Positions 1 through 9,817 of a stretch of 35,576 bases of DNA are shown one piece after another (the stretch's first letter is position 1; each line of letters starts with the position of its first letter). The stretch comes from a virus. Its lineage: Duplodnaviria; Caudoviricetes. Below the pieces are notes generated by a model, which did no database searches, was not told where the DNA came from, and saw nothing but the letters and a program-made list of their open reading frames with translations. Position numbers and translations under genes: made by a program. Location: the IMG/VR virus record IMGVR_UViG_3300031974_002949, positions 1 to 35,576 of that record, one strand, 5' to 3'.

Positions 1-825
1 GCCACCTGGACCTGTTGGACCGCCTGGACCAGTATCACCTTTAGATCCAGTATAACCTCTAGGACCTTGACCACCACCAGGACCCGCTGGGCCACCAGGA
101 CCTGTAAGACCCCGAGAACCCGTATATCCGATAGGACCAGTACCACCTGTATTACCTTTTGATCCAGTATAACCTCTAGGGCCCTGACTACCACCTGGAC
201 CCTGATTACCTTGATCACCTTTAGAACCAGTATAACCTCTAGGACCTTGTGGGCCTTGAGCACCCTGAGGTCCCTGAATCCCTTGAGAACCCGTATAACC
301 TATAGGACCTTGTGCGCCTCCAGGACCTCCGGCTCCCGTATCACCCTTAGATCCAGTATAACCTCTTACCCCTTGAGAACCAGTATATCCAGCAAACTGC
401 CCGGCGTCTACCCATGATGAACCGTCCCAAACATATAGATTACCATTAGCTGTAACAATGTAAGCATCACCAGCTGTATTACCAGAACCGGGTAGGTTAC
501 CAGTTGTTGCAACAGATCCTTGGATTGCAATTGATGTACCATCTGAACCTCTTGAGCCCGTGTAGCCAATAACACCTTGAGATCCTGTATAACCAGTAAC
601 ACCACGGGATCCTGTATATCCGATAGGACCCTGGATACCTTGTATACCTTGAGAACCAGTATATCCGATAGGTCCCTGAATACCTTGATCGCCTTTAGAA
701 CCAGTATAACCAATGTCACCTCGAGAACCTGTATAACCAATAATACCTTGAGATCCTGTAAACCCTTGATTTCCCTGTGGTCCCTGAATACCCTGAATAC
801 CTTGTGATCCGGTATATCCTTTAGC
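1..825 (-). repeat. Collagen G-X-Y repeats dominated by GYTGS(Q/K/R) units; further blocks at about 1190-1345 and 1720-1860
   Basis: Recurrent plus-strand words gatccagtataacc / gaaccagtataacc, encoding GYTGS. Confidence 0.9.
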
Positions 826-1971
826 ACCATTTGTAGTAAACCATGCTGTTGCAATTACTGCACCTGAACCAGTAGAAGATGTTTCACAACGTATGGAAAT
901 TTCATCATCGGCATTTACAGATACATTAAGATTTGATACTCGTACATCATTATCACCAAATGCAACGGTGGCAGTAGCAATGGCGGCACCACCCCTTCTT
1001 ATTGATATTTGCATGCTGGTTGTTACTGCGTTTTGTGTAGTAACTGTAATAGCATCAAGTACCATATCTTCTGGTACTTTTACACCAAAGATATTTGCAG
1101 TAGCACCGTTACCAAATGAGAATTGATCTCCAGAAGCAGGAGTTGTTGACCTTTCGCCGACAAGACCAAATAAGCCTCCACCCGAACCACTTACACCTGC
1201 AACCCCTTGGTTACCCTGAGAACCTGTAAATCCAATTACACCTTGATCACCTATAGATCCTGTAAATCCAAGATCGCCTCTTGATCCAGTAAAACCTATT
1301 GATCCAGTAAAACCTTGATCTCCCCGAGAACCTACAAATCCGCTATTACCTCTGTGGATATAGGTGAGAATCATATCCTCACCCGTAACCGGTGTTGCGG
1401 AACCACCCAAATAGGTAGTATCAAATATCATTACACTATTAGAAAAAGTACTACTGCCCGTAACTCTGTAGAGTAAAAAGTCTGAAGAGTTAGCATCAGC
1501 AGATCTTATCATTAGATAACCACGGTCAGAAGTTCCTCCATAATCATCAAATGTATTTAAGTAGTTTATGTTGTCAATATTATCAGAACTAGTTCTATGA
1601 ATACCAACTTGAGTGGCAGAAATTAAAGTAGCATTATTCCAACCTATACGTCCACTAGATAAAGTATTAAGGGTTGTAGTACTAATATCAGCTTCATACT
1701 TTAAACCCTGAGCAGCAGATGAACCAGTATAACCTATTGATCCGGTGTAACCTATTGAACCTGTAAAACCAGTTGATCCTACAAATCCTAGGTTACCTCG
1801 GGACCCTGTAAATCCAGCACCTTTCGAACCCGTAAAGCCTTGAGATCCTGTATATCCAAAAAACTGATTTGCAACCCACGATGTAGTATCAGAGTCATAA
1901 AGATAGGTTATACCATTTGCGGAATAAGAATCATTATGATTTGGATTGATTGGAAAATTTAACGCCGCCAT
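1..1971 (-). CDS. Collagen-like (Gly-X-Y) tail/whisker fibre protein, 3'-truncated by the window edge (at least 657 aa); absent from the ORF track
   Basis: Manually translated from the ATG at 1971: [51 protein letters not shown]...; the frame stays open to base 1; four GXY blocks separated by small globular domains (e.g. [24 protein letters not shown]). Confidence 0.9.
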   Translation of the reverse strand, partial: MAALNFPINPNHNDSYSANGITYLYDSDTTSWVANQFFGYTGSQGFTGSKGAGFTGSRGNLGFVGSTGFTGSIGYTGSIGYTGSSAAQGLKYEADISTTTLNTLSSGRIGWNNATLISATQVGIHRTSSDNIDNINYLNTFDDYGGTSDRGYLMIRSADANSSDFLLYRVTGSSTFSNSVMIFDTTYLGGSATPVTGEDMILTYIHRGNSGFVGSRGDQGFTGSIGFTGSRGDLGFTGSIGDQGVIGFTGSQGNQGVAGVSGSGGGLFGLVGERSTTPASGDQFSFGNGATANIFGVKVPEDMVLDAITVTTQNAVTTSMQISIRRGGAAIATATVAFGDNDVRVSNLNVSVNADDEISIRCETSSTGSGAVIATAWFTTNGAKGYTGSQGIQGIQGPQGNQGFTGSQGIIGYTGSRGDIGYTGSKGDQGIQGPIGYTGSQGIQGIQGPIGYTGSRGVTGYTGSQGVIGYTGSRGSDGTSIAIQGSVATTGNLPGSGNTAGDAYIVTANGNLYVWDGSSWVDAGQFAGYTGSQGVRGYTGSKGDTGAGGPGGAQGPIGYTGSQGIQGPQGAQGPQGPRGYTGSKGDQGNQGPGGSQGPRGYTGSKGNTGGTGPIGYTGSRGLTGPGGPAGPGGGQGPRGYTGSKGDTGPGGPTGPGG

Positions 1972-1974
1972 TTA

Positions 1975-4900
1975 TTAACTCCCCGCGGATTTCGCTAAGA
2001 ACCCTTTTTCAGGGTCGAATTCAACAAAAACACCATGCACTGCTCTATCCCATGTTGCTTCTGAATATCCTGTTACTAAGAATGTAGAACCATTATTGTC
2101 AACACTATAAGAGAAATCAGATGATCCTGATCCTACTTGATATTTAGACCATCCTTTATAGTTGCCATTACCATCACTGTCAAAATCAAAAATACCTAGT
2201 CCCATATCTTTTAGACCATAAGTATTAGCATCATCTGCAAATGCACCCGCTGTATTACAAACAACTCCAATTCTACCATCAGGTAACCTAGAACTTGGTT
2301 TGCCATTTTGTTCAATTTCTTCTGATGTTTCCGAGCCTGTATTAAACCCTTGACTCCAGGTATCGGATGAATAATCAAATGTAATAATACCAATATCTTC
2401 CGAACCAAATACAGCAGATCCATTTACTGAACCAAATGATGTGTATACCAATGCTAATGTGTTTGGAATCGTATCATTAATATCATGTAGGTTCATAACT
2501 TTATCATTAAATCCAGATCCATTTACGTAATAATCCGAACTCCATGTTCTTGGATTAAAGATACCTAGGAAAAGATCATATCCACCAATAAGTTGATTTG
2601 CACCTGCCAGAGTACCTGTTGTTCTACCTGCAAATGCAATGTTACCAGCTTTTGGTGAAATACCAGGAGATGTCTGAATGTAGAATGGGTGATTACTATT
2701 AGTAGTTGAAACTGATATATTTAAAGTATCACCAGTATCAATAGTAATTGTAGGGTTTAGTGCACTACTATGTGTAGTTGATCTATCTGTACCAGAAATA
2801 GACCAATAAAGAGCATCTGTAAATACTGCACCCGCATTAAGATTAAATGTAGAATTAGACCCTTGAACATCAGTTACCGTAATCTGACCAACCATATTAC
2901 TATGATTACCACATTGATAATAATATGTACCAGCTGTAGTAGGAGTCCATGACACCGTACCATTTACAGTACCATTATTTGTTGCGGTTGGACTCATTAC
3001 GAGGTTTGATGGAGTAGAACCTCTTAATTCTTCAATAGCATATATTTCTTCATCTTCAAAGGATCCGTTTTGCCAGAATCTCCACTCATCAGTTTCAATA
3101 TTAAACTGACCCAACCAATAATCATAAACCCCTGATAGACCAGTGTTAGTAAATGCCATGTTTCCGGATACCTGGCCACCAGTATAATAGTATTCACCAT
3201 CCGAGGACTTTAATACATCATATGCAAATATGTTGCCGTCATCCGCTGTAGCATCTCCAACAGTAGAAAGTTGAAAGATTTTAAATATATCATTTGCTTG
3301 GTGTATGTTTAGGCCATTATTTTTATCTTCAGCATATTGATCAGAGTTGAGGAAAGTTTGTAGATCAGCTAGGTCAATATAAGCCAAGAAACCTGTAAAC
3401 AACCCATTTGCGCCGTATGAACCATTATACTCAGTAGAATAATAAGTTTGATCAAGTAAAGAAGTCGCTATGTTATTTACATCAAGAGTTGTGTCAAATG
3501 GAGTAAAAGATGTAATTTCTGTACTATTATTATTAAGAATTGTTTCATCTATAGATGAAAGATTATTTGAATCATAATAATAAGCATTGGAAGTAGAATA
3601 CGAAGTATGATATACACCGGTGCCAAAACCATCTTTCATTTGTCTCATAAGTATAGCATCTCTGCCATAAGAGTGTGATGTTGAACTACCACAGAAAACA
3701 AAATTTAGACCTTTCTCATCCCAGACCATATCCTTATTGATAAAGTCTTCACCCATATGACCTAATGAATTAGAGAAATAAAGAGATCCATCTGAATCAT
3801 TAATACCAAGAATTGCAGTACCAGTTCTTCGTTGCATACCAAAACTCTGCTCACCGCCAGAATCTAAATTAAGACCAGATGTTAAAGCAATGGTTCTATG
3901 GTTTCCTGGATTTGGATGTTCATCGGCATCATTATACCACCACTCTCTTATACTAGAATCTTCTGAAAGTAGTGTATTTATTTCTTCAAGATATGCCCCC
4001 GAAGTAGGTGAGTAGTATTGTTTTTCCCATCTGGTATCAGAAAGCCAAGTACCTGCACTATCTCTTAAATCATAACTACCAGCTATAGCAAAAGATCTAT
4101 GTTGATATGATGTATATGGTACAGTTGTACCAGCATTATCCGCAAGTGAAGTGTCTTCACGTTTACCTGCAACCATTACCTTATAGCGGCTATTGTCACT
4201 ATCATATCTATTAAGTACAATATCGTTATATTCAGATTCAATAACATTGTTACCTTGGTTGTCCGACACAGCGGTTGTAGACCAGGAATGATATCTTATG
4301 TATTGTAATAGATCTGCTTCATTTATATTACCAATTCCCCAACTTGGTCCTCTATATCCATTACTTACATCAGATCCTGCAAATAAAAATTCTCCAGTAT
4401 TTGGCCGTCCCGGTTTTATTTTATTAAACCAAAAATTACCTTCGGTTAACTGCAAAAGTTTGGCCGAGGTTACATCGCCTTGTGTATTAATTACAGACAA
4501 AATACCAGCAGTTTGAGTTGAGTCATCTATACTTTCATTTGATAAAAATGCAACTATATTGTCATTACCACCATTTTGCACTACAGCATGAGTAGTAAAT
4601 CTATTATAATTTGTACCCGATCCAAATCTTTTAGACCATATAACATTATCAGCACTATCAATTCTGGCCATGTAGCCATCTTTATAATTGGTACCGTTTT
4701 TAGTCCAACCCGATACAATATAGTCCTTGCCGTTAGACAACGGTGTTACTGTATGTAATTCATCAGAATCAAAACCTAATGAAAAATACTTTGAGTATTT
4801 GTAATTATAATCCTTGTCATATTTTGATAAAAATGGCCACTTCTGTCTTACAGAATTGCCAACGGTTTTAAATCCATGATCTTCAGTTTTAAATAGACCT

Positions 4901-7194
4901 GTGAACTCCATTTCAGCAGAGTCAGCATTTTCTTTTAGGTTTCTGCCCCATCCATGAACACCTTGGGATCCTTTTGAAGTAAGTTCTCCTTTAGCATATC
5001 CGGATAAAACCAATCTATTATTTTCAACATCTTCAATAATACCTGTGATATAATCGTCACCTTCTGCAGCATATGTATAACTAATATCGTTGTTTTCGTT
5101 ATCAATAATAGTAAGAAGAAGATCGCCGCCCAAACCTGTATTTTGTGGATTTTCTCTTATCTGCCCCACCAAAGCCTTACGACCGTCTGATAGGTAAATA
5201 CCTTGGAAATAATATTCTTCATAATTTGTATTTACCTCTGTCTTATTAAAGAACTGAGGAGATGCAATTTGATATTGCATTATAGAGGTACCCTGTGTAA
5301 TACCTTCCGGTTCTGATGTTGTCTTTTTAGTGAATGAGGCATCAGAGTGTGTATACATTATATGACCAGCAGTATTGGGCCCTTTTGTAACATATGTGCC
5401 CGTGGCTACATCATAATCTAAATGATCATAACCATCAAAAGAACCCCCTGCAAGGTCAAAACTATACAGACCTTTTCCTGAATAGGTACCAGTTCCTTGT
5501 GTGCCACTTAATAGAGCATAGAACTTAGTATTTGTAGCATTGTACTTAAATCCATGCACTCTTAATTCATTAGCAATAGTATTTGTACAAATTTGACCTT
5601 CATCATAAAGTGCACCAGTTGAGTCAATTAAAGTAGTTGCGCTGTAGAGATCTGCACCTCCCCTTAAAGATCCTGCACCCGCTACATATAACTTTGTACC
5701 AACACTGGTAATTAAAAGATCAGGTCTTTCAGGAGTTGCTCTATAGTTCCATGGCATATTGTATCGTTCAAGTGTACCTGGTGATATAGTATTAGCGTCT
5801 GTTACACGCCAAATCTGAGTATCATATGTATCATCAATATCCGTAACTTCAATAACACCATACATACCACTATGCACAACACAAACATAGTAATATGTAC
5901 CTGCTGTTTGTGGTGTAAAGGTAATAAACTGTGTACCATGTCCAGAAGCACCCGCAGCCTGACCAGTTGTATTTGTATTACTATTTGTCTTAATATAAAG
6001 TGGGTGAGTTGAGGCGTCACCTGAATTTGCAAAAGCCCATCTGGCAGTATCCCCAACTTTTAATTTAACGGTTGGGTGGTTAGCCACGCCATCAAGTGTG
6101 CCTGGGGCTTGTCTGTCCGTACCACTTAATTGATAAAGGTTACCACCATTTGCAGTAACAACTAGATCGCCAAAGTCAATAACTTGCGCCTTCATAATTG
6201 TCGGCCAGTATACATAAGAACCAAATGTATGACCTGCTGATACCCTCATTGGATATTGACTTGCAATACCTTCAGCTTGAGCATTACCACCTGGATATGG
6301 TACAAATGTAGGGGTTGCTAAATCATATGATCCATAGTTAACCTGTGGTGTAAAGGAACCTGAAGATGAAGTGAATGTTCTAGAATATACATTCCATTCT
6401 CCATCAGTAGAAGAAGAATCCATATAGAAGGCGTGGAATCTATTTGAAGAACCTTTAAGAATACCACCAGCAAGGTAGTTTACACCTGCAGTTGAAGGCA
6501 ATGTAACATCGTTGTGTGAGTTGTGAGCACCACCAATTGATGGAGTGTGAATACGTGCCAATGGAACATTATAGGACGACCCACCTGATGTAGCTCTGAT
6601 AGTAATTAGATAACCATACTGTTTATCAGCTGATCTAACGTATCCATCAGCATCCCATACTAATCTACCATCATCAAACTGCGCATAGTTAGAAGGAAGG
6701 TGTTTGTGGTATTGATAAAACTCCCAATCACCACCAGCAGATGTTTGATAAAGTCTATCCCAATAGAATGCATCATCTTCTAACAAACCACCAGTTTGGG
6801 TACCATCATCACCCCAGGTACCAATATGACCAAAAAAGAAAGCGTTATTTTCGGTAATGTTTGTAATGTCATTAACACCAGCACCAATATGTTGTATACA
6901 TCCACCGTGATATCTATTAGAAGTTCCATCGTGTGTTTCGTCAATAAAGGCAATTGTACCATCTAGTTCTACAGCAGCAGAGTTTCCTGCTAACTGCGAA
7001 CCTGAACCAATAGTCAAAGCAGAATCCCATTGATAAGGCACAATAGAGTTGCCCGCTAGTGTTGAGTTATTTGCAAAATCAGATGTTCTATATGCATACC
7101 AAAAACCATCATTTGAAATATGATGCATAACTGGTAAGCCCAAGAAATCCGAGTCACCTAAAGAATAATGCTGTGTTAAATTAGCAATGGTCAT
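1975..7194 (-). CDS. Large virion/fibre-associated multi-beta-propeller protein (1739 aa) with two cupredoxin-like insertions
   Basis: Propeller-blade-like repeats (GxYDxxLxxF...W..Q.GS, YIVSGWT, LVLSGY, FLFAGS); motifs YYYVCVVHSGMYG and YYYQCGNHSNMVG; lies in the fibre cluster. Confidence 0.7.
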   Translation of the reverse strand: MTIANLTQHYSLGDSDFLGLPVMHHISNDGFWYAYRTSDFANNSTLAGNSIVPYQWDSALTIGSGSQLAGNSAAVELDGTIAFIDETHDGTSNRYHGGCIQHIGAGVNDITNITENNAFFFGHIGTWGDDGTQTGGLLEDDAFYWDRLYQTSAGGDWEFYQYHKHLPSNYAQFDDGRLVWDADGYVRSADKQYGYLITIRATSGGSSYNVPLARIHTPSIGGAHNSHNDVTLPSTAGVNYLAGGILKGSSNRFHAFYMDSSSTDGEWNVYSRTFTSSSGSFTPQVNYGSYDLATPTFVPYPGGNAQAEGIASQYPMRVSAGHTFGSYVYWPTIMKAQVIDFGDLVVTANGGNLYQLSGTDRQAPGTLDGVANHPTVKLKVGDTARWAFANSGDASTHPLYIKTNSNTNTTGQAAGASGHGTQFITFTPQTAGTYYYVCVVHSGMYGVIEVTDIDDTYDTQIWRVTDANTISPGTLERYNMPWNYRATPERPDLLITSVGTKLYVAGAGSLRGGADLYSATTLIDSTGALYDEGQICTNTIANELRVHGFKYNATNTKFYALLSGTQGTGTYSGKGLYSFDLAGGSFDGYDHLDYDVATGTYVTKGPNTAGHIMYTHSDASFTKKTTSEPEGITQGTSIMQYQIASPQFFNKTEVNTNYEEYYFQGIYLSDGRKALVGQIRENPQNTGLGGDLLLTIIDNENNDISYTYAAEGDDYITGIIEDVENNRLVLSGYAKGELTSKGSQGVHGWGRNLKENADSAEMEFTGLFKTEDHGFKTVGNSVRQKWPFLSKYDKDYNYKYSKYFSLGFDSDELHTVTPLSNGKDYIVSGWTKNGTNYKDGYMARIDSADNVIWSKRFGSGTNYNRFTTHAVVQNGGNDNIVAFLSNESIDDSTQTAGILSVINTQGDVTSAKLLQLTEGNFWFNKIKPGRPNTGEFLFAGSDVSNGYRGPSWGIGNINEADLLQYIRYHSWSTTAVSDNQGNNVIESEYNDIVLNRYDSDNSRYKVMVAGKREDTSLADNAGTTVPYTSYQHRSFAIAGSYDLRDSAGTWLSDTRWEKQYYSPTSGAYLEEINTLLSEDSSIREWWYNDADEHPNPGNHRTIALTSGLNLDSGGEQSFGMQRRTGTAILGINDSDGSLYFSNSLGHMGEDFINKDMVWDEKGLNFVFCGSSTSHSYGRDAILMRQMKDGFGTGVYHTSYSTSNAYYYDSNNLSSIDETILNNNSTEITSFTPFDTTLDVNNIATSLLDQTYYSTEYNGSYGANGLFTGFLAYIDLADLQTFLNSDQYAEDKNNGLNIHQANDIFKIFQLSTVGDATADDGNIFAYDVLKSSDGEYYYTGGQVSGNMAFTNTGLSGVYDYWLGQFNIETDEWRFWQNGSFEDEEIYAIEELRGSTPSNLVMSPTATNNGTVNGTVSWTPTTAGTYYYQCGNHSNMVGQITVTDVQGSNSTFNLNAGAVFTDALYWSISGTDRSTTHSSALNPTITIDTGDTLNISVSTTNSNHPFYIQTSPGISPKAGNIAFAGRTTGTLAGANQLIGGYDLFLGIFNPRTWSSDYYVNGSGFNDKVMNLHDINDTIPNTLALVYTSFGSVNGSAVFGSEDIGIITFDYSSDTWSQGFNTGSETSEEIEQNGKPSSRLPDGRIGVVCNTAGAFADDANTYGLKDMGLGIFDFDSDGNGNYKGWSKYQVGSGSSDFSYSVDNNGSTFLVTGYSEATWDRAVHGVFVEFDPEKGFLAKSAGS

Positions 7195-7197
7195 AAA

Positions 7198-7566
7198 TTA
7201 TGTTCCTGAAATAGGTATTCCTGGTCTAAAGACAATATCTGTTGAGTTAAGAGCAAATCCAATTACCATTGCTCTTGTAGTTGCGCTTGGAGTAGGTGGT
7301 GATGATACAATACCACCTGTTGCATCCAGAAAATAGGGCGCGCCTGGTGTTAATCCTGTAAATCCGGATACTGTGCCAGAAGCATAATATTCATCACCAA
7401 TTTTAATCAGTGTAGACATTAATTGTGTTACCGTATCCGTATTAGCAGCATTAACCGCTGTATTAGCTCCTGTCATTCTTACAACTTTACCATTGTCACC
7501 GCCAGAAAGATTTGGGACTGTAACGGCATCAGCTGAAAGAGTACTTGTTGATTTAACAAACGCCAT
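7198..7566 (-). CDS. Small virion protein, capsid-cement/DUF2190-like beta fold
   Basis: SGTVSGFTGLTPGAPYFLDATGGI...VIGFALNSTDIVF motif typical of this phage domain; a related domain lies inside the 1886-aa fibre. Confidence 0.55.
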   Translation of the reverse strand: MAFVKSTSTLSADAVTVPNLSGGDNGKVVRMTGANTAVNAANTDTVTQLMSTLIKIGDEYYASGTVSGFTGLTPGAPYFLDATGGIVSSPPTPSATTRAMVIGFALNSTDIVFRPGIPISGT

Positions 7567-7567
7567 T

Positions 7568-8539
7568 TTATAATCCTTCCCTGACGAGTTCTAAATATGT
7601 ATCTGTAGTAATGCTTCCTGTGTTATCACTATTTGATACCATAAGTTCTAAAAAATCATCTTCTAAAAGATAAATCGTTTCATCCAATTGAGCAAAGTCA
7701 TTTGGACTCAATGTTCCTGAATAAAGATCTGCTTCTGTTCCAAGATTTCTATTCTTTTTAATAGTAATAGTATAAGAATTTCCAGACCCTGCTGTGCCTG
7801 CCTTTACAAAACTTTTTAGGTTAAAATATCCAGTAGATCTTACAGTAACACGTTCCTGTACCGCGGAATACCAATAAAGATCTCCTAGTACATTAGCATT
7901 AGCATTAAAATCAGTTGTACCCCATGTTATGGGTAAAGGAGTAGAAGTAGTATTAAATTCCTGAGTAATAATTGCTTTAACTCCACTAAACGCATTGTGA
8001 TTGCTAATCCCAGTACCTGGTGAATATCCTATACGATATATTGTAAATGTACTTGCCGCCAAAATAGTACCCGTACCGGTTGCTTCTTTAACAAAAAATG
8101 CAACTGTGTCACCTTGAACTAAACTAAATGTTTCGTCAACAATTGTTGATTGGTTTGGACCAAAAGATATATCGTATCTTTTTATATTATTAATCCGTAG
8201 TTCAACTGTATAAGAAGAACCAGATCCATCGGTACCGGAAAATAAATTTGCAGAAACTCTATAATAACCTGTAGTTGGTACTGTTGACGTTGTATCACTT
8301 GTTAAGAAATAACTATCAACTTCATATATATTTCGCGAAAATTCAAGTGCTACAAAATCAGTTGTTACAGAAAAGTCTGCCACGTTAACTTGTCTTTTAG
8401 CACCACTAAAGTTTTTTCTAGTAGTTGATGTAATTACATTCCAGGTGGGTCCATCACTATCCCATTGCCATATAGCTTGGTTAGGATCAGTATATGTATC
8501 TAAATGACTTGGACTTGTTGGAAAAGTTAATGCTGCCAT
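7568..8539 (-). CDS. Fibre-associated protein with N-terminal MAALxFP adaptor and two tandem C1q/TNF-like domains
   Basis: Duplicated FSGxKx...GY(Y/F)x(V/L)...DET(F/I)xLxxxDx(V/L) units; N-terminus resembles that of the collagen gene. Confidence 0.6.
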   Translation of the reverse strand: MAALTFPTSPSHLDTYTDPNQAIWQWDSDGPTWNVITSTTRKNFSGAKRQVNVADFSVTTDFVALEFSRNIYEVDSYFLTSDTTSTVPTTGYYRVSANLFSGTDGSGSSYTVELRINNIKRYDISFGPNQSTIVDETFSLVQGDTVAFFVKEATGTGTILAASTFTIYRIGYSPGTGISNHNAFSGVKAIITQEFNTTSTPLPITWGTTDFNANANVLGDLYWYSAVQERVTVRSTGYFNLKSFVKAGTAGSGNSYTITIKKNRNLGTEADLYSGTLSPNDFAQLDETIYLLEDDFLELMVSNSDNTGSITTDTYLELVREGL

Positions 8540-8548
8540 TTTACAATC

Positions 8549-9757
8549 CTATGTAGTAAAATCAATAGTTAAATTAAATTCAGTAACCGAACCAGCAACT
8601 GAAACAAGTTCTACCCAAATCCAGGATCCTGCGGGTATTGCTGCATTAGCAATAATTGGAGTAGATCCAGAAGTTGTATTTGAAGTTGTCTCTGCAGCAA
8701 TTACAGTGCCTGAAGATGACCGGTCAGAACCAAATTTTAAATCATACTGCACGTTTGTACCACCAACAATACAGGCCCTTACAAGTTGAACTGTTACTGT
8801 CTCATGAACATACATTAAGGTTTTTTCATCAGCGGTTACTGGAGACTCCATAGAAATAAACCTTGGTGATATACTACCCTTAGATCCTGTATACCCAATA
8901 GATCCTGTATAACCTGTATCCCCATCGGTTACAGTAGGATCCGCCTGCAGTACCCATTGTGATTGAGATGTTGATGGATTCGTATAGTAAATATAAGATC
9001 TGCCACTTTTACTATCATACCAAATTTGCCCATCTGTTGGATTAGCTGGTGCATTTTCACCTTGAAATATAGCACCAGCAGATCCTGTATATCCTTGAGT
9101 GCCTGGCGTAGCATCGACCCATTGTGCACCTGCTTGTTCCGCGGCTACTACAGTAATAGTGCCGACCATATTAGGGTGTGATGAACAAATGTAATAAAAA
9201 GTACCAACTGTATTAAATTGATGTGAAATTACGACTCCGCCATAAGCACCTTGGTTTGTTACACCTGATATATTATACTGGGCATCATAAGAGTCTGTAA
9301 TACTAAGTTGTGTAACCCAATACATGGGGTGTGTTGCATCAGTGTTCTGAGTAATTTGTAATGTGTCACCCTGGATAAGATATATGTTGGGATCTAAAGC
9401 ACTACTATGTGTTGTGATTCTATCGGAACCAGATATTTCATAGTCTTGGTTAGTAGAAGCTGTAGAAGTAAGAGATATTGTTTGTGGTGTTGCTTGAGCA
9501 TCTTCATCAATATAATAAATTTTTAATTTACCATTTATGGCATCCCACCAAAGAGATCCATCTTGCAAAGACTGTGTCGGTGCATCACTATCCGTAGTGG
9601 CTCCACCACCTGAAATGCTATTAATTACATTTGCTGAATTTTTATAATAGAGAATACCATCACTATAGTTAAGAGCTAGCTCACCATAGTCTAGGTCTCC
9701 TGCTTGAGGCTGCTTGCCTACAACAGCCGATCTCTTTAGCTTAATATTTGCTGCCAT
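8549..9757 (-). CDS. Tail fibre connector/fibre protein with cupredoxin-like insertion and short collagen-like segments
   Basis: N-terminus IKLKRSAVVGKQPQAGDLDYGELALNYSDGILYYKN is a common phage fibre-joint motif; two P..DG.(L/I)W.D...G...IYY...QWV modules; FYYICSSHPNMVG; GYTGS. Confidence 0.75.
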   Translation of the reverse strand: MAANIKLKRSAVVGKQPQAGDLDYGELALNYSDGILYYKNSANVINSISGGGATTDSDAPTQSLQDGSLWWDAINGKLKIYYIDEDAQATPQTISLTSTASTNQDYEISGSDRITTHSSALDPNIYLIQGDTLQITQNTDATHPMYWVTQLSITDSYDAQYNISGVTNQGAYGGVVISHQFNTVGTFYYICSSHPNMVGTITVVAAEQAGAQWVDATPGTQGYTGSAGAIFQGENAPANPTDGQIWYDSKSGRSYIYYTNPSTSQSQWVLQADPTVTDGDTGYTGSIGYTGSKGSISPRFISMESPVTADEKTLMYVHETVTVQLVRACIVGGTNVQYDLKFGSDRSSSGTVIAAETTSNTTSGSTPIIANAAIPAGSWIWVELVSVAGSVTEFNLTIDFTT

Positions 9758-9806
9758 ATCTAATTCCTAAAAAGGTAAGTTAATGGATAAAAATCCTACT
9801 TGTCAT

Positions 9807-9814
9807 TATTTATA
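9807..9814 (-). promoter_or_regulatory. T4-type late promoter TATAAATA
   Basis: Exact consensus in the intergenic gap, 50 nt upstream of the ATG at 9757. Confidence 0.85.
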
Positions 9815-9817
9815 TAG

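Noticed and set aside
211-1126. ORF-track ORFs 211-417, 408-854, 577-807 and 893-1126
   Set aside because: Shadow or alternate-frame ORFs over the real collagen gene (1971 to below 1)
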